DNA of 62,474 nt, filler included. It is 4 parts of 4 records of this genome, joined end to end, with 100 filler letters (N's around TTAATTAATTAA, not from the genome) between each part and the next. Parts side by side here need not be neighbours in the genome. Positions count along the whole stretch, not along the records: positions 15,504 to 45,001 come from DRR723986_605; 3 more parts are not named here. One strand, given 5' to 3'. Below, piece after piece: positions 19,569-29,816 of the stretch. The notes under the pieces are model-generated. The model saw only the letters and a program-made list of their open reading frames with translations, did no database searches and was not told where the DNA came from. Within the stretch, counting starts at the first letter, position 1, and each line of letters begins with the position of its first letter. The translations under genes and the position numbers were made by a program.

Positions 19569-20609
19569 ATGAAACGCGCTTGGACTTTTTCTTTTTTCCT
19601 GGGTTTGTTTGCACTGGCTTACGTGCCTACCGCCACTGCTCAGGAAGCAAGTTCAAATTTAACCCGTTGTGAAAGCAGCTTCGGCAAGGACGCGGTAGGC
19701 ATCACTGTTGAAACTTGCCGCCTGGAGTTGACTGGTCCGATCACGCAGGCCAAACGCGTCAAAATTCTTGAAACCCTGGGCAAAGCCTATCTGGCTCAAA
19801 ACGAAGCTGACTTGGCCATTTCAACCTGGAATGAAGCCAGCCAATACAGTCCGCTCAACCGAGAAGACCAAGCTGCGGCCGAAGCCTGGACACGTTTGCA
19901 GGTGCTCATTGGCCAAACTTATGCACAAGCCGATCAAATGGAACGCGCCGAAGCACACTTTCAGAAAACGCTCGGTACGGTTGAGCAATCCATCGGGCGT
20001 TATTCCTTGCCTGCAGGTATGGTTCAAGACGCGCTCGGCACTTACTATGCGCTGCAGAACAAGGCAGCAGAGTCTGAAGCCGCATTCAAAAGATCGCGAA
20101 TTGTTTATGAAATACGTTTGGGGAAAACCAATGCCCGAACACTAGAAACCCGAATGAATCACGCGGTGGGCTTGCTGGACATGGAGAAGGAGCAAGAGGC
20201 GCTGGAAAGTTTCCAGATTCTTGCAGAGATTATCAACTCCACACCCAACTACAAGGACGAACCAATTCGTGCAGAAATACTCACTTTTTTAGGCACGCTG
20301 CAAATGCGTAACGATCAACTGCAAGAAGCCGCCAGAAATTATCAGACTGCATTTGAAGTGCGACAAGCAGCATTCGGTCCTAACGACATTCGAACCAGCC
20401 AATCTTTAAACAACTTGGGGGTCGTACTTTACAGGGCAGGGGACTTGAAGCGTGCCGAAGTAGCGCTCAGCCGCGCCTACATTATTCGGGCGGATGCCTT
20501 GGGCAACGAAGACCCATTGACATTGAGTACACAAAAGAACCTGCAGGCCGTGATCGCCGCTCAAAATGCGGCGAAAACAGGCCTTTCAGAAAGTGTCAAA
20601 CGCAATTAA
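19569..20609 (+). CDS. exported tetratricopeptide repeat protein (TPR_10/12 type)
   Basis: Signal peptide; repeats such as QSLNNLGVVLYRAG...AE...RAY.IR..ALG..DP.T. Confidence 0.85.
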   Translation: MKRAWTFSFFLGLFALAYVPTATAQEASSNLTRCESSFGKDAVGITVETCRLELTGPITQAKRVKILETLGKAYLAQNEADLAISTWNEASQYSPLNREDQAAAEAWTRLQVLIGQTYAQADQMERAEAHFQKTLGTVEQSIGRYSLPAGMVQDALGTYYALQNKAAESEAAFKRSRIVYEIRLGKTNARTLETRMNHAVGLLDMEKEQEALESFQILAEIINSTPNYKDEPIRAEILTFLGTLQMRNDQLQEAARNYQTAFEVRQAAFGPNDIRTSQSLNNLGVVLYRAGDLKRAEVALSRAYIIRADALGNEDPLTLSTQKNLQAVIAAQNAAKTGLSESVKRN

Positions 20610-20824
20610 ACCTTGCTGTCACGTATTACTTTGCGGTTGGCTTTGAAGGATTTGAACTCATACACACCCACCAGCAAAATTGCGGAGAATAGACAGCCCA
20701 GGGCCGCCAGAATACTCGGGCTTGCTACTTCATAGTTGATGTAATCGACCAGACCATGCACCAGCATGGCTGAGGCAATCAGCAACAAGACCAACACACC
20801 TGGGTAAGAACGAAGAGCTTTCAT
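20606..20824 (-). CDS. small 2-TM membrane protein
   Basis: SD GAGAGG before ATG 20824; two hydrophobic helices. Confidence 0.6.
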   Translation of the reverse strand: MKALRSYPGVLVLLLIASAMLVHGLVDYINYEVASPSILAALGCLFSAILLVGVYEFKSFKANRKVIRDSKV

Positions 20825-20950
20825 ACGACACCTCTCAAAATTTACTGCATCAATTGCTGACCAACGGGTCAACAACTGAACTTTACCATCGAGCGATGTC
20901 ATAGATTGGAGCGCTACTTCTAACGTTGTATTTAACCAAAGCATCACAGG

Positions 20951-22945
20951 TTAAATTACGTTTTTCCTTTTAAAACAATGAAATAGAAACAAACAAGTCA
21001 ACAAACCCAGCAAATTCAAAGCGCCACCACCCCCTCCGCCACCGGAACCGCCCGCGGCAGAACCACTGCCAGAATCGCCTACCACCCCATCGCCCACGGC
21101 CGAAGAGGGCGCACCCACACCGGCTGAAGCGCCATTGATCAATGGTGAAAGCAGGCTGGCCAGCAAAGTAGGGGACGTGGCACCCTGATTGGCCGCAACC
21201 ACCGAGGCAATTGCAGCTCGACCATTGGACACCTGGGCACGAAGGTCGAACCCTGCAACACCGGCTGGTGCGGTAACGTCCACATTCAACCCATTGATTG
21301 AAAGGACGGGATCAGGTGCATCTGCAGACGATTTCAATACATTGATTACATCAAAACTCACCGCGCTCACTTCTTGCCCAGAAGCATTTAAGGTGCCGGT
21401 TGCAGAAAAAGTACGCGTTTGACCCGGAGGAATCACATTGCCGGTGTTGGAAAACAGATTGGTCAGACCACCTGCAACCTGAGTATTAATCAAATTGGCT
21501 ACATCCAGCATACCTGCACCGCACAGTGCGCGGGTACAGTTGCATTCAATACCGACCGTATCCACGGTGCAGGTTGGCCTGCCCCCCAAGGATAGGAAAG
21601 GTCGAGCAGAAGTCTTTAACAGGTTCTCTACAGTTGCCACCGATGCAGATGGATTCAGGGACCAATACAAAGAAGCTGCACCCGCAACCATCGGTGAGGA
21701 AAAACTGGTTCCGATCTTGGTGTTGTAGGTGTTGGTTAACGGTCCCGCAAAACCCGTATTGCTGGCACTCCAGATTGGGAAAGCCGCATCACCACCCGGC
21801 GCAGCAAGTTGAATAGTGGGACCAAAGTTGCTGTAATTGGCCTTCAAGCCTTCTTGATCGATTGCAGCCACACCGAAAGCGCCAGGACAATTTGCCGGAG
21901 AATCTACAGTGCTCCCATCATTGCCCGCAGCAACCACCACCAAAGAGCCAGCCTGCCGTGCAGCGGAAATTGCGGCGCCCTCAATGGAAGGCACGCAAGC
22001 TCCCTCCGCACCCAAACTTAAATTAATTACCTTGGCAGGGAAGGGGTTATTGGGCACGCCGGGCACACTCAGGCCTGCAGCCCAACGAATTCCGTCTGCA
22101 AGGTCGCTGGAAAATCCACCGCATTTGCCCAACACCCGAACAGGCAATACCACCGCATTCCAGTTGACCGAGAAAACACCTTCAGCCGGAACCGGGTTTC
22201 CGGCAAGCAGGGCGGATACAAAGGTGCCGTGCCAGCTTGACTGACTAAGACCACCACACACTGGGTCAGCCAAAAGGTCTGCCGGACCCACACCGTCACC
22301 GGGATCAGTTGGATCGGAATCACGGTCTGAACCTGCGGAACCTTGCCCATCAGCTCCAATGGAAGGGTCTGCAACGAAATCATAGCCCGGCAGCAAATGA
22401 CCCTGAAGCATTGGGTGGCTTGGCAAAACACCTGTATCCAACACAGCCACCACAGTGGGTGCAGTTCCGTGAAAATTCGCCCACATTGCACCAGTGTTGA
22501 TGGAAGCCGGTTGAGTACTCACATCTTGATGAAACCAAGACCGACTGCGTCTGGACAAATCAAGTGCGTTCAACAAACCAATCAGGGGAGACTGTGCTCG
22601 AAGCCGGATTCGACGATCCAGCTCTACCGACTCAATCAACGGGTCCGACAATAAACGAAGACGGGTTTGTTCGGCATTACTGACATTTGACGTTGTGATC
22701 ACGGCACCACGTTCACCAAACGGCCTGACAAGCTGAAATGTACGTTTGTGAACTTTGGACAACTCGGCAAGCTTGGCTCGCAATTCTGATTTTCGTGATT
22801 CCAATGAGGATGATTGAATAACAGATTCACTGCGATCAGCACTGTCCTTGAACTGGATTACCCAACGATCAGCCGACCAAGAAATGGTCGAGAACATGGC
22901 AAGCAGCATGAATAAACTGCTTTGAACTACAAAACGCAACTGCAT
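20951..22945 (-). CDS. S8 subtilisin-like serine protease with GlyGly-CTERM-like tail
   Basis: VAVLDTG, SSWHGT, AAGN, GTSFSSP triad; C-terminal GGGGGGGAL + TM + KRK. Confidence 0.9.
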   Translation of the reverse strand: MQLRFVVQSSLFMLLAMFSTISWSADRWVIQFKDSADRSESVIQSSSLESRKSELRAKLAELSKVHKRTFQLVRPFGERGAVITTSNVSNAEQTRLRLLSDPLIESVELDRRIRLRAQSPLIGLLNALDLSRRSRSWFHQDVSTQPASINTGAMWANFHGTAPTVVAVLDTGVLPSHPMLQGHLLPGYDFVADPSIGADGQGSAGSDRDSDPTDPGDGVGPADLLADPVCGGLSQSSWHGTFVSALLAGNPVPAEGVFSVNWNAVVLPVRVLGKCGGFSSDLADGIRWAAGLSVPGVPNNPFPAKVINLSLGAEGACVPSIEGAAISAARQAGSLVVVAAGNDGSTVDSPANCPGAFGVAAIDQEGLKANYSNFGPTIQLAAPGGDAAFPIWSASNTGFAGPLTNTYNTKIGTSFSSPMVAGAASLYWSLNPSASVATVENLLKTSARPFLSLGGRPTCTVDTVGIECNCTRALCGAGMLDVANLINTQVAGGLTNLFSNTGNVIPPGQTRTFSATGTLNASGQEVSAVSFDVINVLKSSADAPDPVLSINGLNVDVTAPAGVAGFDLRAQVSNGRAAIASVVAANQGATSPTLLASLLSPLINGASAGVGAPSSAVGDGVVGDSGSGSAAGGSGGGGGGGALNLLGLLTCLFLFHCFKRKNVI

Positions 22946-23065
22946 GGGTAGACCCTGATTGTGGTTGTTATTAGATAATACCGGGGAGAGGGGCTTGCGG
23001 ATTCAGAACAGGAAACAGGAGAATGAAAGGTTTGGCTTCTGTGGGAGCGCATTCAAAAATACATT

Positions 23066-23093
23066 AGTTTACATAATACAAATTATGCGACAA
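23066..23093 (-). other. dif site (XerC/XerD chromosome dimer resolution site)
   Basis: Minus strand TTGTCGCATAA-TTTGTA-TTATGTAAACT versus E. coli GGTGCGCATAA-TGTATA-TTATGTTAAAT; intergenic; KOPS converge on it. Confidence 0.85.
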
Positions 23094-23213
23094 ATATCCA
23101 TGATCATAAAAAGGGTTACCTAGAGTGACCCCCACCAATACTGGCGATGCTTTGCGGTCTGCAATCGCCGAAAAAGTACATAGGTTGGTTCACTTTTATC
23201 TGAGGCTATTCTT

Positions 23214-23348
23214 ATGTACAAATTCATGTTCTTCGCTTTTGTGGCTTGCGCGTTGTATCCCGACTGGCCCATTGAAGCAGTTGCTGCAGGTCAGGACATT
23301 ATTCAAGGCTTCCAATCCAAGGTAATTGTGGTTGGCCAAAGCATGTAA
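23214..23348 (+). CDS. putative 44-aa small protein
   Basis: TGAGG SD; MYKFMFFAFVACALYPDWPIEAVAAGQDIIQGFQSKVIVVGQSM; below the ORF-track cutoff. Confidence 0.35.
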   Translation: MYKFMFFAFVACALYPDWPIEAVAAGQDIIQGFQSKVIVVGQSM

Positions 23349-23451
23349 AGCATAAAATTGAGGCCGATTTAGGCCTCTGTTGCCAGCCTTCATCTGGACT
23401 GGGAATTCGTATGATGAGAAGGTAAATCGACCCACATGGTATGGAACCTTC

Positions 23452-25077
23452 ATGTCAACATCTGCCCAAAATAACCTCAAAGGCCGCAATGCAAGAATGG
23501 CTGCTCCTACAACTGCTGTAGAACGCCTGCTGGATCCACGCATTCCCATTGTGACCAAAACTGATTTGAAGGGTCGCATTACCTACGCCAACCCAGCCTT
23601 TGTCGAAATTTCCGGTTTTACGCTTGACGAGTTACTGGGGCAGCCACACAACGTGGTTCGCCATCCGGACATGCCCCGTGACGCGTTTAAAGACCTGTGG
23701 GATACGGCGCGCCGGGATGAACCGTGGAAAGGCCTGGTAAAAAACCGCTGTAAGGACGGCGGTTACTACTGGGTGGATGCATACGTCACGCCGTTGACAC
23801 AGAACGGCGAGAAGATTGGTTACATGTCCGTGCGCTCCAAGCCCAGTGATACACAAAAAGCAGAAGCTGAGGCCTTGTACAAGGCAATCAATGCTGGCAG
23901 CGCCAGCTTTCCGTTCACCAAGCCCGCAAAAGGGCGCCCATTTGTTGTTGATTTGGTCATTGTCGGCTTTTTACCGGTCATGATCGCCCTGCTGTCGATG
24001 TTCAACATCCCTGCCCTCAGCTATGGCAGCGCTGCTGCATCATTTGTAGCTGCGGCATTGGGTTTGATTTGGCTGAAAGGCCGTGTTGAACACACCAACA
24101 ACTCGATGTTACAAGCCATGCGAGCCTTGGCAGAAGGCAATTTCAAACATGAAATTCCAGAGTCAAGCACACGCGAATTCAACAAGGTGCATACCGCGTT
24201 CAAGAGCATGCAAGTAAACCTGCGCGCCATTATTGCAGACGTCATTTCCAGTTCATCCGAAGTAAAGAACAATGCCGAACACCTTAGCCAGTTGGCAATC
24301 AACTTGATGACTCGCTCTCAGCAGCAATCAGACGGCATCAATAGCGTTGCGGCGGCATTGGAGGAACTGTCGGTGTCTGTTTCTGAAATTTCAGAGGCCA
24401 CGGGCAAGAGTTCGGCCCATGCGAAGAACGCCATGGATGTGGTCGACACAGGCGCACAAAGCATGGACAAGTCCACCCAAGCCACTCAGAAGGTGGCACA
24501 GGTTGTTCAAGATGCAAAACAGAATATTGAAGAACTGAACCGCGCAGTGGTGAAAATCAGCAACGTGACTCGGACCATTACCGAGATTGCCGAGAAAACC
24601 AACTTGCTGGCATTGAACGCTGCAATTGAAGCAGCAAGAGCCGGTGAATCAGGCCGGGGGTTTGCTGTGGTGGCTGATGAAGTGCGCAAGTTGGCGGAAA
24701 TGACACGACAATCCACCACGGAAATTTCAGCCACGGTGCAAGAGGTTCAAAGCGGTACCAACAAAGGCCTTGAAACCATGGGGCGCGCAGTGGACGAAGT
24801 CAATATTGGCACAACCTTGATTCTAGAAGCAGGTGAAAGTCTGCAGGCCATCAAAGTAGCCAGCCGTGGCGTAGCCCAATCTGCCAAGGATATTTCGGCC
24901 ATGCTTGAACAACAGTCACAAGCATCGCTTGAAGTTGCAAATAGCATGGAGCGCATGAGTGCGCTGACCGAAAGCAACGTTGCTGCGATTAACGATTTGG
25001 ACAGCGCAGCAAAACAACTGGCCTCAACGTCCGGCGACTTGCGTACCCTGGTCAAACATTTTGAGGCAAGTCTGTGA
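23452..25077 (+). CDS. aer: PAS-domain methyl-accepting chemotaxis protein (Aer-like)
   Basis: [64 protein letters not shown]. Confidence 0.9.
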   Translation: MSTSAQNNLKGRNARMAAPTTAVERLLDPRIPIVTKTDLKGRITYANPAFVEISGFTLDELLGQPHNVVRHPDMPRDAFKDLWDTARRDEPWKGLVKNRCKDGGYYWVDAYVTPLTQNGEKIGYMSVRSKPSDTQKAEAEALYKAINAGSASFPFTKPAKGRPFVVDLVIVGFLPVMIALLSMFNIPALSYGSAAASFVAAALGLIWLKGRVEHTNNSMLQAMRALAEGNFKHEIPESSTREFNKVHTAFKSMQVNLRAIIADVISSSSEVKNNAEHLSQLAINLMTRSQQQSDGINSVAAALEELSVSVSEISEATGKSSAHAKNAMDVVDTGAQSMDKSTQATQKVAQVVQDAKQNIEELNRAVVKISNVTRTITEIAEKTNLLALNAAIEAARAGESGRGFAVVADEVRKLAEMTRQSTTEISATVQEVQSGTNKGLETMGRAVDEVNIGTTLILEAGESLQAIKVASRGVAQSAKDISAMLEQQSQASLEVANSMERMSALTESNVAAINDLDSAAKQLASTSGDLRTLVKHFEASL

Positions 25078-25104
25078 GTTTTCACCCGTCAATCAGACGA
25101 ACGG

Positions 25105-25779
25105 TTAGTTCGTCTTGTTAGGCTTCAAGGGCGCTGTTCGCAGCGCCCTTTCTTTTTTCATGATCTCAAACGCCAGCTCTTTTTGATTGGCTTTCATGGC
25201 ATAACCCGCAGCGTTGTATCCAGCCTGGTTTTTCAATGCTGGATTGGCCCCCAGCTTCAAGAGCACTCGCGCGGAGGCCTCCCTGCCCTCACGTGCAGCC
25301 ATCATCAAAGGTGTGGTGTCGTTGGGCGAAAGTACATCAATTTTCGCCCCCGCTTTCACCAATAATTCAATCGATTCACTTGAACCCGAGGCTGCTGCAT
25401 TGTGCAAGGCTGTCCACTGCCCGTCCCCACCGATTGTGGCGCCCTTGGCCAGTAAGGCCGCGACCCAATCAGGCTTGTTCAACGTACAAGCCACCATCAC
25501 AGGAGTTTCACCGCGGCGATCTGCCTGGTTGGGGTTCAGTTTGCCAGACGACAGCAACACCCGCACCGCCTTGGGCGAGTCTTGCATCATGCCAAAGGTG
25601 ATGGCGGGAAAACCTTGTTCATTCACTGTGTTGGGGTCCATGCCCTTGAGCAACAGAGATTTCAAGCGGTATTCATCGTCAAATTGAATTGCCAGGAAAA
25701 AATCTTCGAAGGCGCCTGCCAGTGAAACACCTGGCAAGGCAAGCAGAAGCAAACTACCCGCAAAGGCACGACGCTTCAA
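25105..25779 (-). CDS. ankyrin repeat protein
   Basis: WTALHNAA, TTPLMMAAREG repeats; N-terminal export signal. Confidence 0.9.
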   Translation of the reverse strand: MKRRAFAGSLLLLALPGVSLAGAFEDFFLAIQFDDEYRLKSLLLKGMDPNTVNEQGFPAITFGMMQDSPKAVRVLLSSGKLNPNQADRRGETPVMVACTLNKPDWVAALLAKGATIGGDGQWTALHNAAASGSSESIELLVKAGAKIDVLSPNDTTPLMMAAREGREASARVLLKLGANPALKNQAGYNAAGYAMKANQKELAFEIMKKERALRTAPLKPNKTN

Positions 25780-26561
25780 ACCGCATTCACTCCGGTTGGT
25801 GCAAACCCAAATAAACGATCAAAGTTCGCTGAGGTCTGAATACCAATTTCTTCAACGGCAACCCCCTTCTCTTGCGCAATAACCTTCGCCACATGCGGCA
25901 CAAAGCTTGGCTCATTGGTTTTGCCACGATGTGGAACCGGTGCAAGGTAAGGCGAATCGGTTTCAATCAGGATTCGGTCCATTGGCGCAAACTTGGCCAC
26001 TTCGCGAAGGTCACCCGCATTCTTGAAACTGACAATTCCTGAGAATGACAAATACATGCCCAAATCAAGCGCCTGACGCGCGAAATCGAGTGACTCGGTG
26101 AAGCAGTGAATAATGCCGCCACAACCCTGTACATTTTCTTCAGAAAGAATTTTCAAGGTGTCCTCACCCGCGGCACGGGTGTGAACAATCACTGGTTTTT
26201 TACACAGATTGGCCGCGCGCAGATGCACCCGAAAGCGTTCTCGTTGCCATTCCAAATCGCCTTTCAAGCGAAAGTAGTCCAAACCCGTTTCACCAATGCC
26301 AATTACCTTGGGGTGATCAGCCAATTCAAGCAGTTTTTCTACAGTGGGTTCGGTAATGTCTTCATAGTCGGGATGCACGCCCGCAGTGGCCCACAATTGC
26401 TCGTGGTTTTCGGCCAGCGCCAGTACGTTGGGGAAATCTTCAAGCTGTACCGAAATGCACAAGGCGCGGTTCACCTGCGCGGTCTGCATTCGGCTCAGGA
26501 TGTCTGGGAGATGCTCGACCAGACCAGGAAAATCAAGATGACAGTGTGAATCGGTAAACAC
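25776..26561 (-). CDS. TatD family hydrolase
   Basis: DSHCHLD, GETGLDY, HCFTE, ETDSPYLAP. Confidence 0.95.
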   Translation of the reverse strand: MFTDSHCHLDFPGLVEHLPDILSRMQTAQVNRALCISVQLEDFPNVLALAENHEQLWATAGVHPDYEDITEPTVEKLLELADHPKVIGIGETGLDYFRLKGDLEWQRERFRVHLRAANLCKKPVIVHTRAAGEDTLKILSEENVQGCGGIIHCFTESLDFARQALDLGMYLSFSGIVSFKNAGDLREVAKFAPMDRILIETDSPYLAPVPHRGKTNEPSFVPHVAKVIAQEKGVAVEEIGIQTSANFDRLFGFAPTGVNAV

Positions 26562-26944
26562 TACAGGGTTGCTGTTTTCTTCATGGAATTCTGCATTTTA
26601 CCAATCATTTGCTCGATTGCCACCCGCACGCCTTCTCCACTGTCGTCTTTCGGAAACTGCACGCCAATCCCCTGCGCTTTGTCACCACGCGCATTTGCAC
26701 CGCAAATCCACACAACTTTGCCGTTAATAGGAAACTTTTTGGCTTCTTCACCGACGGTCAACAACACGAACACCGGGTCGCCCAAATTGTATTCCTTGTC
26801 ACTTTCCACGAACACGCCGCCGCCCTTGATGAAAGGCATGTAGAGGTTCGCTGCCGTGTTTTTGTCGCCCAAAGTCAAAGAAAGCATCCAAGGGCGGCTG
26901 GCTTCCTTGTTGTTTCGCGGTTTGTTTATCAAGTTGCTGGTCAT
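26561..26944 (-). CDS. pilZ: type IV pilus PilZ protein
   Basis: YMPFIKGGGVFV, GKVVW, QGIGVQF; holB-pilZ-tatD synteny. Confidence 0.88.
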   Translation of the reverse strand: MTSNLINKPRNNKEASRPWMLSLTLGDKNTAANLYMPFIKGGGVFVESDKEYNLGDPVFVLLTVGEEAKKFPINGKVVWICGANARGDKAQGIGVQFPKDDSGEGVRVAIEQMIGKMQNSMKKTATL

Positions 26945-26980
26945 GGCTTGTGCGGTCCGGAAAGGAAATTCTTCAGTGAA

Positions 26981-27976
26981 TTACTTCGTTAAATTTTGCC
27001 ACTGTTGTCCCACATACTCTAGCGCCAAACGGGGGTTAATAGGATGATTCGCCAAGCGAAATTCTTTCTGTAAATTTTGATAGAGCTGGCTGAAACGATC
27101 CATACCAACCGACTTAACCCACATGAGTTTCGGGGCCAACCAGGGGAAATTGGTCCCCTTCAAGCCATGAGCCTGCGAAACACAGTCGCTGCACAGGCGC
27201 ATGGCCAATTCGAGCACCACCGGCAAGCCCACTTTTTCAAGACCGGCAGGCGGGTTGGCATGCTGGTCGGGGTTGGCAAGCCATTCCAAAAACTTCTTGC
27301 GCAAATCTAGCTGGTCCGCTGCCACTTGGGCAAGGCTGAGCGCCTCAAAAGGATCGTTCATGGCCACACCCAATGCGACATCCGGCTGTTGCACGCCCTG
27401 CGTTTCCAGCCAGGCCAGGCATTCAGAAATAGCGGGCATGGGCATGGTCAATTCCTGGCAACGCGAACGAATGGTGGGCAGCAGTTTGTCAACACGGCTA
27501 CCCACCAGCACAAACCGAAGACCATTGGCTGGTTCTTCGAGTGTTTTGAGCAGCGCATTGGCCGTGTTGGCGTTCATGTTGTCAAATGGATAAACCACCA
27601 CGTAGCGGGAAGCGCCACGGCTGGATGCGGTATTGAAATAGTTTTGCAGGTCGCGCACGTCATCGATTCGAATATCCTGACTGGGTTTAACGCCTGTTTT
27701 TACTTCCACATTAAAACCCAGTTCAAGGGCAACGGTCTGTGGCATCAGGTAGCGCAAATCAGGGTGATTGCCAGCTACATGCATGTGGCACCCGGGGCAT
27801 TGCAGGCATGGCTTGTTGCCGGCTGAAGCCTCACAGAGCAATTCAGCCAGGTGTTGCCCTACCAATTCATAAAGCCCTTTGGGCTGGTGACCATGCACCA
27901 ATATCGGCGCGGTGGTGGCCTGCATCAAATTGCCCAATTGTGCCTGGGCGCGCAACAACCAGCTGGCAGTACTCAT
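26981..27976 (-). CDS. holB: DNA polymerase III delta' subunit
   Basis: Zn motif C..C..C, HPDL, ANALLKTLEEP, LPTIRSRC. Confidence 0.92.
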   Translation of the reverse strand: MSTASWLLRAQAQLGNLMQATTAPILVHGHQPKGLYELVGQHLAELLCEASAGNKPCLQCPGCHMHVAGNHPDLRYLMPQTVALELGFNVEVKTGVKPSQDIRIDDVRDLQNYFNTASSRGASRYVVVYPFDNMNANTANALLKTLEEPANGLRFVLVGSRVDKLLPTIRSRCQELTMPMPAISECLAWLETQGVQQPDVALGVAMNDPFEALSLAQVAADQLDLRKKFLEWLANPDQHANPPAGLEKVGLPVVLELAMRLCSDCVSQAHGLKGTNFPWLAPKLMWVKSVGMDRFSQLYQNLQKEFRLANHPINPRLALEYVGQQWQNLTK

Positions 27977-28623
27977 GCCAAACCCAGGTTTAAATGGGTT
28001 CGCATGAACTTGTCGAGTTCAGCCAACACGGTTTCTCCGACTTCCGCTTCAGGAGGCTGGGCGTCGATCAGGCGAATTCGGCGTGGGTTCAACTGCGAGC
28101 GTTTGATAAAACCCGCGCGCACTGCTTCAAAATAACTCGTCGGTTTTTCTTCAAATTTGTCGCTAGCGCCCGCCCTGCCCTGAATGCGGCTTTGCGATAC
28201 GACAATGGGTAAATCAAACAAAAAGGTCAATGTGGGCTCGAATCCCTTCAACGCCCACTTACTCAATTGTTGGCAGTCCTCCCAACTGGCACCGCCCGCC
28301 CCGGCCTGGTAAGCGAAACTACTGTCTTCAAACCGGTCAGTAATAACCCACACACCGCGCTCCAGGGCGGGCTGAATGGTTTCGACCATATGCTGTCTGC
28401 GCGCTGCGTACATCAACAACAACTCGGTGTTTACATCCATGTCATGGTGCAACACCAGTTCCCGAATGGCCTCGCCTACAGGTGTTCCACCAGGCTCACG
28501 GGTTTGCAGGCATTCAAAGCCCAATTCTTCAAGGCGTGCTTTAACCCGCGCAATGTGCGACGACTTTCCGGCGCCGTCCACGCCTTCAAAACTGATCAGG
28601 TAACCTTGCTTCTGCTTTTTCAT
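27973..28623 (-). CDS. tmk: thymidylate kinase
   Basis: FEGVDGAGKS, TREPGGT, DRFEDSSFAYQ. Confidence 0.96.
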   Translation of the reverse strand: MKKQKQGYLISFEGVDGAGKSSHIARVKARLEELGFECLQTREPGGTPVGEAIRELVLHHDMDVNTELLLMYAARRQHMVETIQPALERGVWVITDRFEDSSFAYQAGAGGASWEDCQQLSKWALKGFEPTLTFLFDLPIVVSQSRIQGRAGASDKFEEKPTSYFEAVRAGFIKRSQLNPRRIRLIDAQPPEAEVGETVLAELDKFMRTHLNLGLA

Positions 28624-28630
28624 CTCGCCG

Positions 28631-29674
28631 TCACCGCCCAAGTTGGTATTTCCGTACAGCATTGTTGTGCTCATTCAGATTCTTGCTGAAATAACTACCG
28701 CCGTCACCCTTGGCCACAAAATAAAAATACGGAGTTTTGTCAGGGTTTACCGCTGCGTACAAGGCCGCCTTGCCGGGGTTTGAGATGGGTGTTGGAGGCA
28801 AACCTGCCCGGGTATAGCTGTTGTAAGGGGTGTCAGTTTGAAGGTGTTTTCGAGTCAAATTGCCGTCAAAGGCCTCGCCAACACCGTAGATTACCGTGGG
28901 GTCGGTTTGCAGCAACATGCCCACGCGCAATCGGTTTACAAATACGCTGGCGACTTTGCCACGGTCGCTCGCCAAACCGGTCTCCTTCTCGACGATTGAG
29001 GCCATTTTCAAAGCGTCGTAGGGGGTTTTCAGAGGTGTTTGGGGATCGCGTTGCGCCCAAGCCTTATCAAGCTCTACTTGCTGCAAACGCACTGCCCTTT
29101 GCAACAATTCGGACAACTTCGAGCCCGGTGAATACTTGTAGGTATCTGGATAAATCCAGCCCTCCAGGCTTGCGCCTTCCAGGCCAAATTTTGCGGCAAT
29201 TGCACGGTGGTCCATGCCAGGCAAATCATCAATCAAGTCTGGTTGCGTCCGCAATTTTGCCAACAAGGCGCGGGCGGTTTGCCCTTCCACCAGGGCCACG
29301 CTGCTTAGCACCCCCTGCCCTTTGCTCAGGTAATCCACCAAACCCAAGGTACTGATTCCCTCTGGAAGGTCGTAACGGCCTGCTTTCAGCTGACCAGCGT
29401 TACCGGTTAACCGAGCGGCCAACACAAACAAATCAGGACTGACATTCAAACCCTGCTGGTTCAATTCATTCGCAATGGCGCGTGCACCCAAGCCTGAACT
29501 CACATGCGCATCCACCCGGGGTTGGCTACGACCGATTGGCAGGGTCAAAACAAAGTAAACACCCACAATAATTGCGGACAGCAGTACGACAGCGGCGATC
29601 ATAGTCCGTTTGAACCAACGCCAACCAAACGCTGTTTTTTTCAATGCCTTCTTTGTTTTTTGAGCTTTGCGCAC
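28631..29674 (-). CDS. mltG: endolytic transglycosylase
   Basis: ASIVEKETG, LQTDPTVIYG, PYNSY..GLPPTPISNPG. Confidence 0.96.
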   Translation of the reverse strand: MRKAQKTKKALKKTAFGWRWFKRTMIAAVVLLSAIIVGVYFVLTLPIGRSQPRVDAHVSSGLGARAIANELNQQGLNVSPDLFVLAARLTGNAGQLKAGRYDLPEGISTLGLVDYLSKGQGVLSSVALVEGQTARALLAKLRTQPDLIDDLPGMDHRAIAAKFGLEGASLEGWIYPDTYKYSPGSKLSELLQRAVRLQQVELDKAWAQRDPQTPLKTPYDALKMASIVEKETGLASDRGKVASVFVNRLRVGMLLQTDPTVIYGVGEAFDGNLTRKHLQTDTPYNSYTRAGLPPTPISNPGKAALYAAVNPDKTPYFYFVAKGDGGSYFSKNLNEHNNAVRKYQLGR

Positions 29675-29816
29675 GACTTTGCTTCACCTTGGGTTGTTGG
29701 AAGGCGAGACCTTACCAGAAGCCACTACAATGTGGACATTGCCGTTCATGATAGCGGGAAAGTTTTTCCATGGCCTGTCGACACGGTTTGTTTTGTTTGT
29801 TACTAAGGATTTGAAC

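Noticed and set aside
23346-23370. Sigma-28 promoter for aer (TAAA...GCCGATTT)
   Set aside because: Spacer is 13 nt rather than about 15 and the -10 is imperfect; not supportable
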